From contig OZ024742.1 in assembly GCA_964016885.1 (NCBI GenBank), positions 240,684,001 to 240,748,000 of the forward strand: DNA of 64,000 nt, read 5' to 3'. Of the stretch, positions 46,706 to 61,780 are shown in pieces. Within the stretch, counting starts at the first letter, position 1. Every line of letters starts with the position of its first letter. The notes beneath the pieces were generated by a model. That model ran no database searches. It saw nothing but the letters and a program-made list of their open reading frames with translations, and had not been told where the DNA came from. Source of the DNA: Eledone cirrhosa (taxonomy: Eukaryota). A program made the position numbers and the translations under genes.

Positions 46706-46795
46706 TCCTCTTGATAAGTCGGGAGACCTCGCAAGGACTCTATATCTTTATGATGTATTGTTTTTGTTTATGCCACGAAACTACGTAGTCGAGGA
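46706..46795 (+). ncRNA. U3-A8 hammerhead, copy 3 (one stem II substitution)
   Basis: gtcggga instead of gtcggca. Confidence 0.68.
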
Positions 46796-47025
46796 ATCTA
46801 GGAGCAGTTTAGGTATGATACATTTTATTACTAATTATATCTAAATGTTTCTTCTCCCTTCATAATGTATATTTAACTCTGATACTGGTTCAGTCTAGTT
46901 CAACCGGATTGGTCTGTCCCAGTCATTCATTGAGCAACATCGGTGAAGTTGGCACCCTTAACTCGCGGTTGGTGCGGATGCATTCATGTATATGTGTGTG
47001 TCCGCATGTATCTGTGTGTTTCTAA

Positions 47026-47057
<32 letters not shown>

Positions 47058-47064
<7 letters not shown>

Positions 47065-47440
47065 ATACTTTGGGAGGGTCATGTTGCCAATAAGAAACAC
47101 ACGCACGCTTTCACTTCAATTTATTATATATTTATAAATTTATAAATTTACAAATCTACAAATTTATAAATTTCTGGTCGGTTGGTTGGTTCCACAACCA
47201 GATAGTTGTTTAGATACAACTATAAACAACTATCTGGTTGTGGAACCAACCAACCAACCAGAAATTTATAAATTTGTAGATTTGTAAATTTATAAATTTA
47301 TAAATATATAATAAATTGAAGTGAAAGCAACTGGTGCGTGTGTTTCTTATTGGCAACATGACCCTCCCAAAGTATAACAATATCGGTTTCAACACACGAT
47401 TTCAGATAAAGAATCTTGCTAAACAAATTCAGAAACGAAA
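47058..47440. mobile_element. Fold-back copy of the 30632-31137 family
   Basis: Arms 47058-47212 and 47223-47382; right arm extends to 47440. Confidence 0.9.
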
Positions 47441-47463
47441 TATATATATATATATATATATAC

Positions 47464-47543
<80 letters not shown>

Positions 47544-47838
47544 TGAAGTATTTCCATAGGAAGGGTAAAGGAAGGGAGAGTGCTCTATGTATGCTACAGA
47601 GCTATTTAATTATGTAATAAACAATATAAAACAATTATACCATTTACCAAAGGTTTCACGAAGACAGGCGAGCTCAACAGAGACGTCTGAAATCGCTCAT
47701 GAGCGATTTGTTTATTACATATATATATATACGATGCATAACTTGCATAACATTGAGTGCTTTGATTGAATGTTACATCATGATTTACCTACCAGAACCA
47801 ACAGTTCTACCGCTTAGGTAATCAAAATAACCTAAATC

Positions 47839-47918
<80 letters not shown>

Positions 47919-48959
47919 TTATCTATACAAACGTTGGTATAAAAATGCGAGTGTGTGTATTTTGTACATATGGCATGTATACAATCTATGCATATTTTCG
48001 TACCTTCAATTTAATACGAGAACATATGATACACATATTGTATACCGAGTGTCAAATTGAAGGTATACATCTTCATACTTTAACAATAATTATCTTGTAC
48101 ATGTTTGTTCAAATAAATGTAAAGAGTTTTCTCTCTCATGATGTAAATAAAAAAAGTAATAAGTGAAAATACAACGTGTTTGATGACATCCGTCTTTTAT
48201 ACACTGGTGTAAATATGCCTGTATATCAGCTGTCTACTCGATTTAGAGTGAAACCACAGTTCCATTTATGACACGCGTATAGTAACGTCTGACAAGTTTT
48301 ATTGCTTTGTTAAGATAATTTCTAAGTCGAATGTGTACAAAGGTTTGATTGCATTATCCTGCTGTGTTAATGTTGAACTCCCCACGGAAAATCTTATAGT
48401 TAAAGTACTTGAAAATAACGATAGTGTAGGTGGAGATCGCATGAGAGTAACACATTACTACAAGGTGTGTGAGTTTGTCTGTAGTGAATAGAGCTTGCTC
48501 TGCACTTGATATACTTTTTTGACTGCGATAAGAAGTTTCTGATGTCTCAAAAGGATGAGCCAATCTGGTACCTACAAAAGAGGAGGTGATTGAATTCAGC
48601 GTGTGTGCATCTGTGCGTATATTTGTGTGCGCGTGCCCATATATATATATCACCCCACTCTCCAGAGCGTGAAATTAATAAACATTCGTTGTACTGCCTC
48701 TCTGTTTTGTTCCTATTCAAATTTTTCCATTATATATATATATATATATATCGTTTCTGAATTTGTTTAGCAAGATTCTTTATCTGAAAACGTGTATTGA
48801 AACCGATATTGTTATACTTTGGGAGGGTCATGTTGCCAATAAGAAACACACGCACCAGTTGCTTTCACTTCAATTAATTATAATAAATTTATAAATTTAG
48901 GAATTTATAAATTTCCGGTTGGTTGGTTGGTTCCACAACCAGATGGTTGTTTATATATT

Positions 48960-49002
48960 GTCAAAGTTATTTCGTCACACATTCTGTGACCTCTTCAGTG
49001 AC
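48960..49002 (-). ncRNA. Minimal hammerhead (copy of 30881-30923)
   Basis: gtca-CTGAAGA-ggtcacagaatgtgtgac-GAAA-taaCTT^tgac; stem III weakened. Confidence 0.6.
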
Positions 49003-49086
49003 TGGGGATTCTTTTCTTTGTTTTTGTGCCTCTCCTTTGTTCTGTCCTACATGACATACCCTCAGACATCTCAGGGTATGTCATGT

Positions 49087-49156
49087 ATCATTATATTTTG
49101 TCTGATGAGGACGTACTGTTGTACATCCGAAATATGTATAATAAAATGTAATTGAT
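49087..49156 (+). ncRNA. Type I hammerhead
   Basis: attttgt-CTGATGA-ggacgtac-tgtt-gtacatcc-GAAA-tatgtATA^ataaaat with extended stem I. Confidence 0.8.
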
Positions 49157-49672
49157 CAAAAGAACATCTATTTTATTAATACTTATATTTTAATATTAAT
49201 AACTCCTAAAAATTATTAACCGTTGAGTGCTTCCAATCAACTGTAAAACTCATTCTTTGACATAATACTTAATACTTATATATATATATATACACACATA
49301 TATATATATACACACACATATATATATATGTATATACACACACACACACAAATATATATATATGTATATATTTCAATAAATAAGATGAAGGCTATGTTAC
49401 TAAAACTTACGTTGACAGAAGATAGGAATTACTGATAGAATAGAAAAGTGTATTCATTTTTTGTAGCTGACTCATATTATTTTTATTCCATTATCAGCAA
49501 AAATAATTGAAACCTGTTCAAATTTTAGAATAGAAATAACCTCCACCCCCACCTTGACAAAAAACCTGAGCTAAAACAAAAAAAAAAGCCCCAAAAGAAC
49601 AAAAATGTGAAGGTACCAAAACCAAAAAATCCCACTGAAACAAATCAAATAAAGCAATAATAATCAATGTAA

Positions 49673-49878
<206 letters not shown>

Positions 49879-49940
49879 GTATATATGCAAATATAAATGT
49901 ATATAAGTATTATAAGTATATATGTATGTATGTATATATA

Positions 49941-50019
<79 letters not shown>

Positions 50020-50026
50020 CACACGT

Positions 50027-50072
<46 letters not shown>

Positions 50073-50551
50073 ATACAAACACGCTCACACACCCACCTAC
50101 CCACACACACACAAACATATATATATATATATATATATATATAAAGATAATAATATGAGAACAAAGTGTAAAAATATATTTTCTGAAAGGTAAACATTTA
50201 ATAGAGGAATAAATTAGTTATAAGTAAATACATCATTTTTTATATTTCCGTATAAATAATTAGTGTTATGTACATATATACAGTAATTCCCTGCGAGTTC
50301 TGTAGATTGTGTTTCTAAATAGATACTTACTCCGGTACGAAAATGTATAAGGGGTTTGTCGATCATATGTGTATATATGCATGCCTGCATGTATATATTT
50401 ATGTCTGCATAGCTATGCACATATGTAATATTTATTCATGATATATATATATATATGTATATATATGTATGTATATATATATATATATATATATACTATA
50501 TATATATATATGTATATAGCTATATATACATATATATATATACATATATAT

Positions 50552-50601
<50 letters not shown>

Positions 50602-50679
50602 ATGCTTTGGGAGGGTCATAATGGCAATAAGAATGTTGCTAAACAAATTCAGAAACGAAATATATATATATATAGTGGG

Positions 50680-50789
<110 letters not shown>

Positions 50790-51256
50790 TTATCTATACA
50801 TACAAATATACATATACTTATATGTATATATGTATATATCTCTATATATACCTATGAACACACACACACACACACATATATATATATGTATATATATATA
50901 CTTTCCTTTTTGACGGGTCGAAGATCCTGTAAAGACATAAGTAAAAGTAAAGTTGTATGTATAATTAGTTACCTACCTCATCAACTTTACCTGTTGATAA
51001 AATCTTTCCTGACAATATATACACATATACATACTAATCACACACAGATATGTTTACACACACACATACACACACGTACACACACAAGCACACACACACA
51101 AACAAACAACAACAGCAATAAATACATAGACACATTCTAACACTTGTGTTTATATAAAGGTAAATTTTCATATACAGCAAAAATTGTAACATATAATTTT
51201 GAATACGTGATATATATATACACACATAGACATATATATTTACACACACACGCACA

Positions 51257-51383
<127 letters not shown>

Positions 51384-51472
51384 CTAGCTACGTTTTATTT
51401 CAATTAAATTTAGGTAGTCTCATTCAACAATAAGTTTATACATATTTTACATATGTATAAGCGTGTGGACAC

Positions 51473-51538
<66 letters not shown>

Positions 51539-51540
51539 AT

Positions 51541-51625
<85 letters not shown>

Positions 51626-51631
51626 ATATCT

Positions 51632-51669
<38 letters not shown>

Positions 51670-51809
51670 TCTCTCTCTCTCTCTCTCTATCTATCTATAT
51701 ATATATATATATATTTGTGTTGATAATTGTTAGACATATGATTCACAATACACAACTCAACTCATCAAAAAATGAGATATTTTCTACTGAAGGAGATTGA
51801 AAGGAAATT

Positions 51810-51907
<98 letters not shown>

Positions 51908-51972
51908 CCTCTCTCTCTCACACACATACATTTATATATATATGTATATGAATATATATACATACATGTGTG

Positions 51973-52015
<43 letters not shown>

Positions 52016-52067
52016 TATATATATATGTGTGTATATGTATATATATATACATACATGTGTGTATATG

Positions 52068-52105
<38 letters not shown>

Positions 52106-52110
52106 TATAT

Positions 52111-52185
<75 letters not shown>

Positions 52186-52563
52186 GCATAAATACATACA
52201 TACATACATACATACATACATACATGCATGTATATATATATATATATATATATATATGAATATGTACGTATTAGAAGTTGTTATAATTGGTGTTTTTAAA
52301 ATAACACATTTCTTTGTCGACAGGCAGCCGGTCACAGCGTATTTTAATGAATTTCATGATGTAAGAAAAATTTTGAACTAAATTACTTCTTACTTAATGA
52401 GTGAATAGACTCGGCTGCGAACTCCAAATCTAAAATAGACGGGGATGTTACTTTAGTTATGCAAAACTCACCTATGTTCGCTTTGAAGTTCAATTTACTT
52501 AACATTGAAGCTTTTTAAAACGTTTGCACAGTTTCGTTAACACACTTAGCTGCTGGTTAAACA

Positions 52564-52650
<87 letters not shown>

Positions 52651-52655
52651 ATATA

Positions 52656-52750
<95 letters not shown>

Positions 52751-53151
52751 TTATATATATATATATATGTGTATATATATATGTATATGTAAATACATAC
52801 ACTCATACACTTATATATATATATATATACACTTACTCACGCACACACACGAATATACACATGTATGTGCATGGGTGTGTGTTTCTGTTTGACTTTACAT
52901 GTCTGTGTATATTTGTGTGTCTGCGTATGTGTGCCAATGTGTGTATGTGGAAATATATATATATATATATATATAATATATATATATATACAATATATAT
53001 ATATATATATACATTTCTATAGATGCTTTTAATCACATTTATTTATGCATATTTATTTTCCTAATTATACATATACCCGGACATACACTTACTCTCTCTC
53101 TCTCTCCCCTCCCCCCTCTCTCTCTCACACACACACTCACACACACACATT

Positions 53152-53196
<45 letters not shown>

Positions 53197-53737
53197 TTAT
53201 CATCATCATCATCATTTTACGTCCGCTTTTCCCTGTTTATATATATATAATTTAGTCATCCATGTATAACAATATTTACACTTGCTTATATACATGCATC
53301 AAACAAATACAAACTGAACTTTATATTCTCGCTTGGATGTATGTATGTGTATGTATATTTATATATATACATATATATATATATATGGATATACATATAG
53401 ATAGATTTACGTAAGCATATATATATAAATAAATAAGTATATACATATAACTATAATGATTAACATATATACTGTATAAATGTTAAAGTTTGTGCATTTG
53501 TTTTGTTAAACATACATATACACATATATGTACCATTCGTGGACACAAGTACACATTCGTTGAGAACGTATATTTCCGGTATTTTGGAGTAGAAGTATGT
53601 TTGTTTATGAAGGTCTATACGTACATATGTATAATTCTGTACTATATTAATAATGTTTTGTAAGTTGTATATAAGCTAAATATATATATATAAAGAATTT
53701 TAGTAAGTTAATTTTTATAATTTTCTTATTTTACGTC

Positions 53738-53842
<105 letters not shown>

Positions 53843-54198
53843 AAAAATATCACCAAGAAAGAAAACCAAAGAAAATTAAAAGAAACATAAACCACTAGAA
53901 CCATTTGGCAAATAAATGTACATTGATTGATTTGTGTGTTGAAATGTAAAATTGTCATTTAAAGGAAAAACAGTTACGTTGAGTCAAGACTTTGTATTCC
54001 ATGCGTACACATATTTTAGTGCATTTTGGCCTACGATCTTTATCTCCATCTATATCTATCTACGTACATGTATATATATATATATATATACAGACATTTA
54101 TATATATACATATATGTATGAATGTATGATTGTATGTGTGTGTATGTTTTTGTAGCATTACTTTTAGTTGCATTTCCCTTCCATATTATATATATATA

Positions 54199-54265
<67 letters not shown>

Positions 54266-54408
54266 GTACTTTTGGTTTTACCATATTCATTCAATATATT
54301 TTATTCTTGCTAAAGGCGAATATTTCACATTAAACTTTTCATGAACCACAAAACACCGTCTTTGTACATAAGGGGTCATGTCGAAATATTCTTAAGTTTG
54401 TTATTCCA

Positions 54409-54450
<42 letters not shown>

Positions 54451-54520
54451 TGTGTGTGTGTGTGTGTGTGTGTGTGGGTGTGTGTGTTTGTGTGTGTGTG
54501 TATGCGTATGTGTGTATGTG

Positions 54521-54572
<52 letters not shown>

Positions 54573-54706
54573 ATATGTATTTATATATATATATATATAT
54601 ATATGTATATACATAATATGTATTTATATATATGCTTATATATATATTTATGTACTTACATATATATACATATATATATATACATATACATATAAATATA
54701 TATATA

Positions 54707-54747
<41 letters not shown>

Positions 54748-54887
54748 TGCACACTTACATAATATTTATACCACCCCTCATGTATATATTTATGATATGG
54801 ATATACATACCTGTGAATTGTTGTTATCATCTTTCATTATACGTTATTGCGGCACACATACATACACGCACACATGTATACATACAT

Positions 54888-54929
<42 letters not shown>

Positions 54930-55509
54930 TTATATATATACTTACATAAATGCATACATGAATTCCTTTATACATAAATACGTTTAAGTGTAGATGTGCG
55001 TGTACCTATACATATAATCTATCGTTATGTATATTTATATATGTATATATATATATGTATATATATGTAAATATATATATGTATATATATATGTATATAT
55101 ATATCTATATATATATATATATGTTTTACCACTATTTAATTCATTGAATTTTCCGTATAAAGAGTATATTTCTAATTATTAAACAAAACTCTATCCTTTG
55201 AATTTAGATTATTACAGGAGAAAGTTCATCCTTAATTTGAGACAATTCTTACAGTTATTCATTGTTTTGATAACAATGGGATTTTAGAAAGAAGTATCAA
55301 AAGAGGTATATTTAGTTTTCTTTATACACGCATATAGGTATGGTATGGTCCCATAACTCTGATAGAGTTTTAGGAGCCCTGTATTGATATGCGGCGTTTC
55401 TTGGTCATTTTTAAGCCTGGCGGAGTCCATCATCTCTAGGCCTGAGTACAGCAGATTTCTTTCAGAGAAAGATAGAAAGTGAGAGAGAGGAAATAAGAAA
55501 CGAGAAAGA

Positions 55510-55937
55510 GAATCGACCCCAGTACTAGACTGGTACTTTTTTCATCGACCTCGAAAGGATGAAAGGCAAAGTTGACCTCGGCGGGATCTGAACTCAGAGA
55601 GGACAGAGTCGGAACGAATACCATAAAGGATTCTATCTGTCGTTTTAACGACTCGACCAATTTGCCGCCTACACACGTATAGACAGACTTGCAAATATGG
55701 ATTGATTGGTTACCTGATTAATAATGATTTCTACTTTAAGCACATGGCTAGTAGTTTTGAAAAGAGAAAGATCGATTAAATCGGTCTCAGTACATAACTG
55801 GTATTTTATTTTATCGACTCTGAAAATAAAATGCAAAGTTAATTTCGGTGGGATTTGAACGTAGAACGTAAAAAGCCGGAACAAATAGTGTCATGAATTT
55901 GTGCGACGCTCTTACGACTCTACTTATCCACCGCCCT
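55510..55937 (-). mobile_element. Two diverged tRNA-derived SINE copies (55510-55670 and 55721-55937)
   Basis: ggatgaaaggcaaagttgacctcggcgggatctgaactcag and related motifs. Confidence 0.75.
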
Positions 55938-56101
55938 TAATTACCTGACCAAAAATTGTTTCTACATTTGGTACACGGCCAAGAATTCAAAGGGTAAGTG
56001 TATTAAATCGGAGATAAAAATAAAAATATGTGATTCAGAGCAGCCTCAGTCAGTTAGACTGACTGCCCCTGTGTCATCATCCTTTATTATTGTTATGCAA
56101 T

Positions 56102-56153
56102 GCACCTGATGATGTCTCTGGAATCTTAATGGTCATTGAAATATATATAGTGC
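56102..56153 (+). ncRNA. Hammerhead with eroded stem II
   Basis: gcac-CTGATGA-...-GAAA-tatatATA^gtgc; palindromic stem III. Confidence 0.55.
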
Positions 56154-56189
56154 CTGCAGGATAAAAACTTTAAAGGAATTTGGATTTAT

Positions 56190-56920
56190 GAACACGAAGA
56201 AACAGTTTCAGAGTATCCAACTTCTGGTGATTTTCTGAATTTAATGGTGGATGAAATGAATAATGATATTGGAAAGCCTATCAATCTCAGATTTGCATAC
56301 AGAAAATATTTGAAAGAATAAACATCTAAGGTAAACGGGGTCATCCTATACACTGAAGCGAAAGATATTCACCAATGCAACAACATACTCAAAGCATGCG
56401 CAAATGTGGTGAAAAAATTGCTTGGTATCAAAACTAGGGAAAACAGACGAGAAAGGACAGAACCTTGGTAGGATAACGGGTTGAATGGTCAAATCAAGGA
56501 AATAAGAAAAGACACCGGGAAACTGGTGTCTTTATTAAACGGGACATCACAAAACATAGATACTAAGTATATATTGACAAGGAAGTATAACACAAAGCGA
56601 AAATGGGCTAAATGTTATAATAGAGGAACTAAAACAATGTGTCATAACCAAAAGTGCAAAAATCAAAAGATATGAGAGCAGAGTTAACTAATATAGACAA
56701 AACCGCATGTTCGACAACAACCAGAAGATGTTATTTGAACAACTTAAAGGGAAAGAAAGAGGTAACGATCCTATCCCTGAAGCTGAACAGACGAACATAT
56801 TTTGAAGAGGGATTTGGTAGCAGGATGTTGAGCATGATAGTCAGGCAGAGTGGATTGAGATGTTTAAAAAGGAAGTTAATGAACAAGCAGACCAACAACC
56901 TGACTTGAGTATCTCCGAAG
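56190..56920 (+). pseudogene. Decayed R4/Dong N-terminal (pre-RT) fragment
   Basis: EPW*DNGLNGQIKEIRKD, KRYESRVN*YRQNRMFDNNQK, W*QDVEHDSQAEWI; parallels the 28451-29245 ORF. Confidence 0.65.
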
Positions 56921-57262
56921 AAAGCGAGCGAGGACGACTTCATGATGATGCAGAATCAGCTGAGACAGCTGAGACAGCTGAGACAAGAGGAATTGTCCCA
57001 GCCAGATGAAAGTCTATTGGATGATGAAAAGGTGGCCATACTATCAAGGCTAACAGAGCCTTGATAGTATGAACACCCTCATACTTATGAATACCCTCAA
57101 AACCTGTAAGTCTAAGAAACGTTAAAAGTATTCGTGTACGTGCTGAGGTAGCAAAAGTGAATTCCCTTTTGCCGTATATGCAGACGTCCAATGCCACGGA
57201 AGTAAGAAAGCTGTTATGCGCAGCTGGTACGCTAGTTGGGGGAGAGGGTAGGAGCAACATGA

Positions 57263-57407
57263 TTCTTCTTCTTCTTCTTCTTCTTCTTCTTCTTCTTCTT
57301 CTTCTTCTTCTTCTTCTTCTTCTTCTTCTTCTTCTTCTTCTTCTTCTTCTTCTTCTTCTTCTTCTTCTTCTTCTTCTTCTTCTTCTTCTTCTTCTTCTTC
57401 TTCTTCA
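57263..57407. repeat. (TTC)n microsatellite
   Basis: Direct reading. Confidence 0.98.
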
Positions 57408-57956
57408 TTTGATATCTCAGTCATTGATGTTAATTAACCGGAAACATATATATGTATGCGTGTGTATCCATGTCTATACGTTAGTGAATATACCAAATTT
57501 TCTTTTTCATGCAAGATCTATACTGTCATTTAGTTTATTATTCAAATGAATGAATTCTAGCGTAACACATGTCCACCCGAGATAGTATTTCATAGATTGT
57601 AAGGTTGACACCATATAACGAAGACAACAAGTGCGGCGAATTTAAGAAAGAAGGCCAACAGCGAACGAATCTCGGTGCAATTAATATTCCAATAATCAGG
57701 AAATTATCCTAAGCGCAAAATATTTCTTGGCGATCTTATTTTAGAACCATTCTCCCAAAGTATATATCAACCGGAAGGCGTGGCTGTTATTGTTGAAATA
57801 GTTATGCTTTTATCCCAGTTGTAATGAAAACAGCCGGCAAAGCTTTTTGAAAATGTCAAATGTTACGAAAAGATGTTGCTTTTTTTTTTCTAGAAGGAAA
57901 GGAGAAAAAAGTCTAAAAAGTTCGTCGTGTTTCTTATCATTATATGCGATTTTCTA

Positions 57957-58150
57957 GGGCGATGGAATAGCAGGATCGGTAGAGGGTCGGACGCCATGCT
58001 TTTCAGCATAGAGTTACGGCCCTTTACGGTCTAAGTTCAAATCTAGCTGAGGTTAACTTTGCCTTTCATTCTTACAGGGTCGATAAAATAAAGTACCAGT
58101 AACGCACTGGGATAATTGCTGGCTTTGTGCCAAAAGTAGAAACAATTATT
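57957..58150 (+). mobile_element. tRNA-derived SINE
   Basis: Close to 33893-34090. Confidence 0.85.
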
Positions 58151-58323
58151 TGCGAGTTTCGACTAAGTGTTTCTTCTATGTATAGAATAATCTCCTGTAT
58201 TGTAATTCTTTTTATGATTATGACAATTTTGCAAACAACTTCATACAGTTTGTAGCAAAATTGAATTTCGACCGATAAAATTTGAAATGCAATGATCATT
58301 CTATCTTTAACATGTCATTATAT

Positions 58324-58518
58324 CAGGCTTGTCAACTCTCCCTGTCCGATGGGGAGATTTCCCCGTTTTGGCTCATTTCTCCCCGTCTCCCCGTTTTTGT
58401 AAAAATTGGTGCAGCTTTCATTATGTAAAATCTTCCCATTTTGCCTCATTTCTTCCCATTCTGCGGCACTTCTTTTCATGGTACTCTCCGTTTGGGTTTT
58501 TAGAGGTTGGCAAGTCTG
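58324..58518. mobile_element. Possible hAT-like MITE
   Basis: Imperfect TIRs caggcttgtcaactct / agaggttggcaagtctg; internal tccccgttt repeats; no TSD seen. Confidence 0.4.
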
Positions 58519-59213
58519 TTAAGTTAAACTATATATAAGTTAGAGCCACAATATACAGGAAGTGTAGGAGAGCAGTCAGTTATATATACATTCACTCACT
58601 AACTCACCGATATAGTTTTAGTAATTGCTGACAGTGTCAGTGTGTTGGACAAATGTCTTGTATATAGTTACGGCCCTTTCACTTCCCACCGAGGTTAACT
58701 ACTTTTCATCCTTACGGAGTCGGTGAAATAGAGCAATAGTTAAGTACTAGAATCAATATAATCGACTATTCCATTCCTACAAATTGCAGGTCTTGTGCTT
58801 ATGGAAGAAATCAATAAGTGCTTAGATTGAAAAGATAACTCTGTCATGCTGATCAATATTAAATATGCCCTAGTTCACTTTAAAATGCAAATTGTATTAT
58901 GAAAAAATGCTGAATGCATACTTATGTTGTAAATATGCTGACAGCTTGTTTTCTATTTACAGACAGGCATCCATTTCTACCAGTAAGCAATCAACTATGG
59001 TATAGCAATATTTTAAAGAAAAAACATCAAGAACCACACGATATTCTGGGCGGGTCATCTTTTCAGCAGAAATCTAAAACTCATGTAGAATTGTGGAGGA
59101 AACATCAGCAGAGAACAACACTAAATAAACGGCTTTTATAACCTGACAATAAATTCTCATGATAATCGATGCACTGGGGCTTGTGTCAAATATGTCATAT
59201 TACTTACAGAGTA

Positions 59214-59337
59214 AGGGCGGTAGATTTGGCAGTATCGGTAGAGGGTCGGACGCCATGCCTTGCAGCATAGAGTTATGGCTCTTTATGATCTGAGTTAAAT
59301 CCCGCCGAGGTTAACTTTGCCTTTCATCCTTCGGGGA
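59214..59337 (+). mobile_element. SINE 5' half fused to an inverted LINE fragment
   Basis: Family match ends at ...catccttcgggg. Confidence 0.8.
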
Positions 59338-60365
59338 TGCCAGTCTGTGATCCATTGTTGCATTGTGTCCAGGTCAGATTGCAAGCAAGATCTATAGTGT
59401 TCAGGATCTATCCTTTTTATCTCAAGGTACAGCTTGATGTCCTCTGCATATTTTAGTACTGTGGCATTCTTTAAGTTGGCATCTATGTCATTAATATATG
59501 CCACAAACAATAGGGGGCCAAGAACAGATCCCTATGGTACACCAGATGACATCTCATACGGTGAGGAATGCTGTCCTAGAACTGTGACTACCTCTCTTCG
59601 AATGAGAATGAAGGACTTCAACCAGTTAAAAAGATCATCCTTCACACCCATTACAGAGTGTTTTGCCATAAGTCTTTTGTGTGGCACAGAATTGAAAGCT
59701 TTAGCAAAGTCAAGGTAAACAACATCCACCCATGATCCGCCATCAGTAATCCGGGTGATGTCTTCAAGAAACTCAATAAGTTGATCACAGCAGCTGGAGT
59801 TAGGGATAAATCCAAATTGCGAGGGCCGGATAAAACTGTGAGAGTTCCAGAAGTTCCAAAGTGTTTCTCTGACACAGGATTCAATCAGTTTGGTTAGACT
59901 GAATGGACGATAGTTCACAGGTGATGTGCGGTCACCTATTTTGAACAGAGGAATGACACTGGCAGTTTTCCACTGTTCTAGAGTAGCACCGTTGTTCAGA
60001 CAGAATTGGAAGAAGCGTGATAGTTGGTGCAGAAGGAAGTACCCACCACGTTTGAGAAGCAGGTACGTAACACCAGGAGAGGCATGGTTGCGTTTATTTT
60101 TAAGGTGACGTCTCAGCATTGCAGGTGTAAATTCCATGGTTGTAATAGAATCCGGTGTCATAGGTGGAGGAGACGGTACACTCTGGTCTTCAATAGTGAA
60201 AATGCCTGCATAGCATTCAGCAATAAGCCTGCGCATTCCTTGGGGTCGTCAGTAATCTGGCTTGTGTGGGGATTGCGAAGAGGACCAACTGGAGAGTGAG
60301 GTCTCTGCTTTGAGTGAACATACTTCCAGAACACCTTACTGTCAGGGCTGGTTGCTATGCGCTGC
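59338..60365 (-). pseudogene. CR1/L2-type LINE RT fragment
   Basis: VIPLFKIGDR..PVNYRPFSL, QFGF, YLDFAKAFNSVPH, SGVP*GSVLGPLLFVAYINDI, KYAEDIKLY. Confidence 0.9.
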
Positions 60366-60565
60366 NNNNNNNNNNNNNNNNNNNNNNNNNNNNNNNNNNN
60401 NNNNNNNNNNNNNNNNNNNNNNNNNNNNNNNNNNNNNNNNNNNNNNNNNNNNNNNNNNNNNNNNNNNNNNNNNNNNNNNNNNNNNNNNNNNNNNNNNNNN
60501 NNNNNNNNNNNNNNNNNNNNNNNNNNNNNNNNNNNNNNNNNNNNNNNNNNNNNNNNNNNNNNNNN
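60366..60565. other. Assembly gap (200 N)
   Basis: N run. Confidence 1.
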
Positions 60566-60651
60566 ACTATAGGGAGGTGTGTAGGATACATACATACATA
60601 ATACATACACACGACACTCAGCTTTATAATATTATATATACATATATATAT

Positions 60652-61021
60652 ATAAGGAAATGGTAGTTTACTTGAAGCATTGTGTAGTGAGGTATAAACG
60701 TTTGTAGTTGTAAGGCCTAAACAATGCAGGTATGGATATAGAATATAAATACAAATGCAAAAGATATCGCTGACAATTAGACTTTTACCTTAAATTTATT
60801 TGAATATCCTTATATTTCGAGATAATATCTCTTCTTAGCTAATTAGAACACTGAATTAATCCCTTTACTTCCCTCTGAAGAAGAGATATTATCTCGAAAT
60901 ATAAGGATATTCAAATAAATTTAAGGTAAAAGACTAATTGTCAGTGATATCTTTTGCATTTGTATTTATATTCTATATCAATACTTGCATTGTTCTGGCC
61001 TTCTAACTTTAAACGTTTATA
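60652..61021. mobile_element. ORF-less fold-back relative of the 42229-45155 PLE termini
   Basis: Arms 60693-60837 and 60878-61021; homologous to 42242-42430. Confidence 0.85.
60872..60906 (+). ncRNA. Minimal type I hammerhead
   Basis: cct-CTGAAGA-a-gagat-att-atctc-GAAA-tATA^agg. Confidence 0.75.
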
Positions 61022-61171
61022 TATATATACATCTATCTATCTAGGGCGGGTGAAATTCCCGAGATCCATAGACGAGTTCTCTCCAGCGATCTCTGTCCCT
61101 CATTATCGCTGCCTTGTCCTGCGTCTCCAACAGACCGATGTCTGTCCTTAGGGCATCAACATATGTTAACA

Positions 61172-61577
61172 TAGTCACTACTTTAAAACAATAGCGTAAG
61201 GTTTTCAAAATGTTTTTAATTAAGCGTACAGTATATTACCAAATATACTGTATATACATTCATATATACATCGCTATTTCAGAGCACCAATTCTAATTTT
61301 CAATTTTTGCTGGACCGGCAACCGTTCTGTTTAATCAGTTCTTGATTATTACTAGAATTCTATAAGAATCCAACATTTATAATTTTCAACAGACAAAGGC
61401 GAGTGCTAAGCTCTGATGAATACCAACAGTATGAAACAGAGATCTGTCAGCTTATCTCCCTTTGTTTGTTGAAAAAAGAAGCAAGTGACTTAGTCACTAC
61501 TTTAAAACAATAGCGTAAGGTCTTCAAAATGATTTTAATTAAGCATACAGTATATTGCCAAATATACTACATATACA

Positions 61578-61590
<13 letters not shown>
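61172..61590 (+). repeat. Partial tandem repeat (319-bp period) with HHR; retrozyme-like
   Basis: 61172-61268 repeats at 61491-61587; homolog at 30388-30608. Confidence 0.85.
61383..61475 (+). ncRNA. Complete extended type I hammerhead ribozyme
   Basis: taagct-CTGATGA-atac-caaca-gtat-GAAA-cag-agat-ctGTC^agctta; stem I continues beyond an internal loop. Confidence 0.92.
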
Positions 61591-61659
<69 letters not shown>

Positions 61660-61780
61660 ATAAATGTAATCTGAGTTTTGCGAATATTAATAAAAATATT
61701 CGATTCGTTTGCAATTATGCAAACAAGCCTCATTTTAAAAGCCGTGTCAGTAGCTTTGCTCTTGTGTTGGCATGTATACA

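Larger units (their letters stand above)
45212..47031 (+). repeat. 592-bp tandem array (2.8 units) with inverted 5' segment; retrozyme-like
   Basis: Units start at 45384, 45976 and 46568; 45212-45383 is the inverse of 45511-45682; flanked by (TA)n. Confidence 0.95.

Noticed and set aside
45466-46844. Repeated 64-aa and 78-aa ORFs in the 592-bp array
   Set aside because: Short, no recognisable motifs; recur only because the DNA is duplicated
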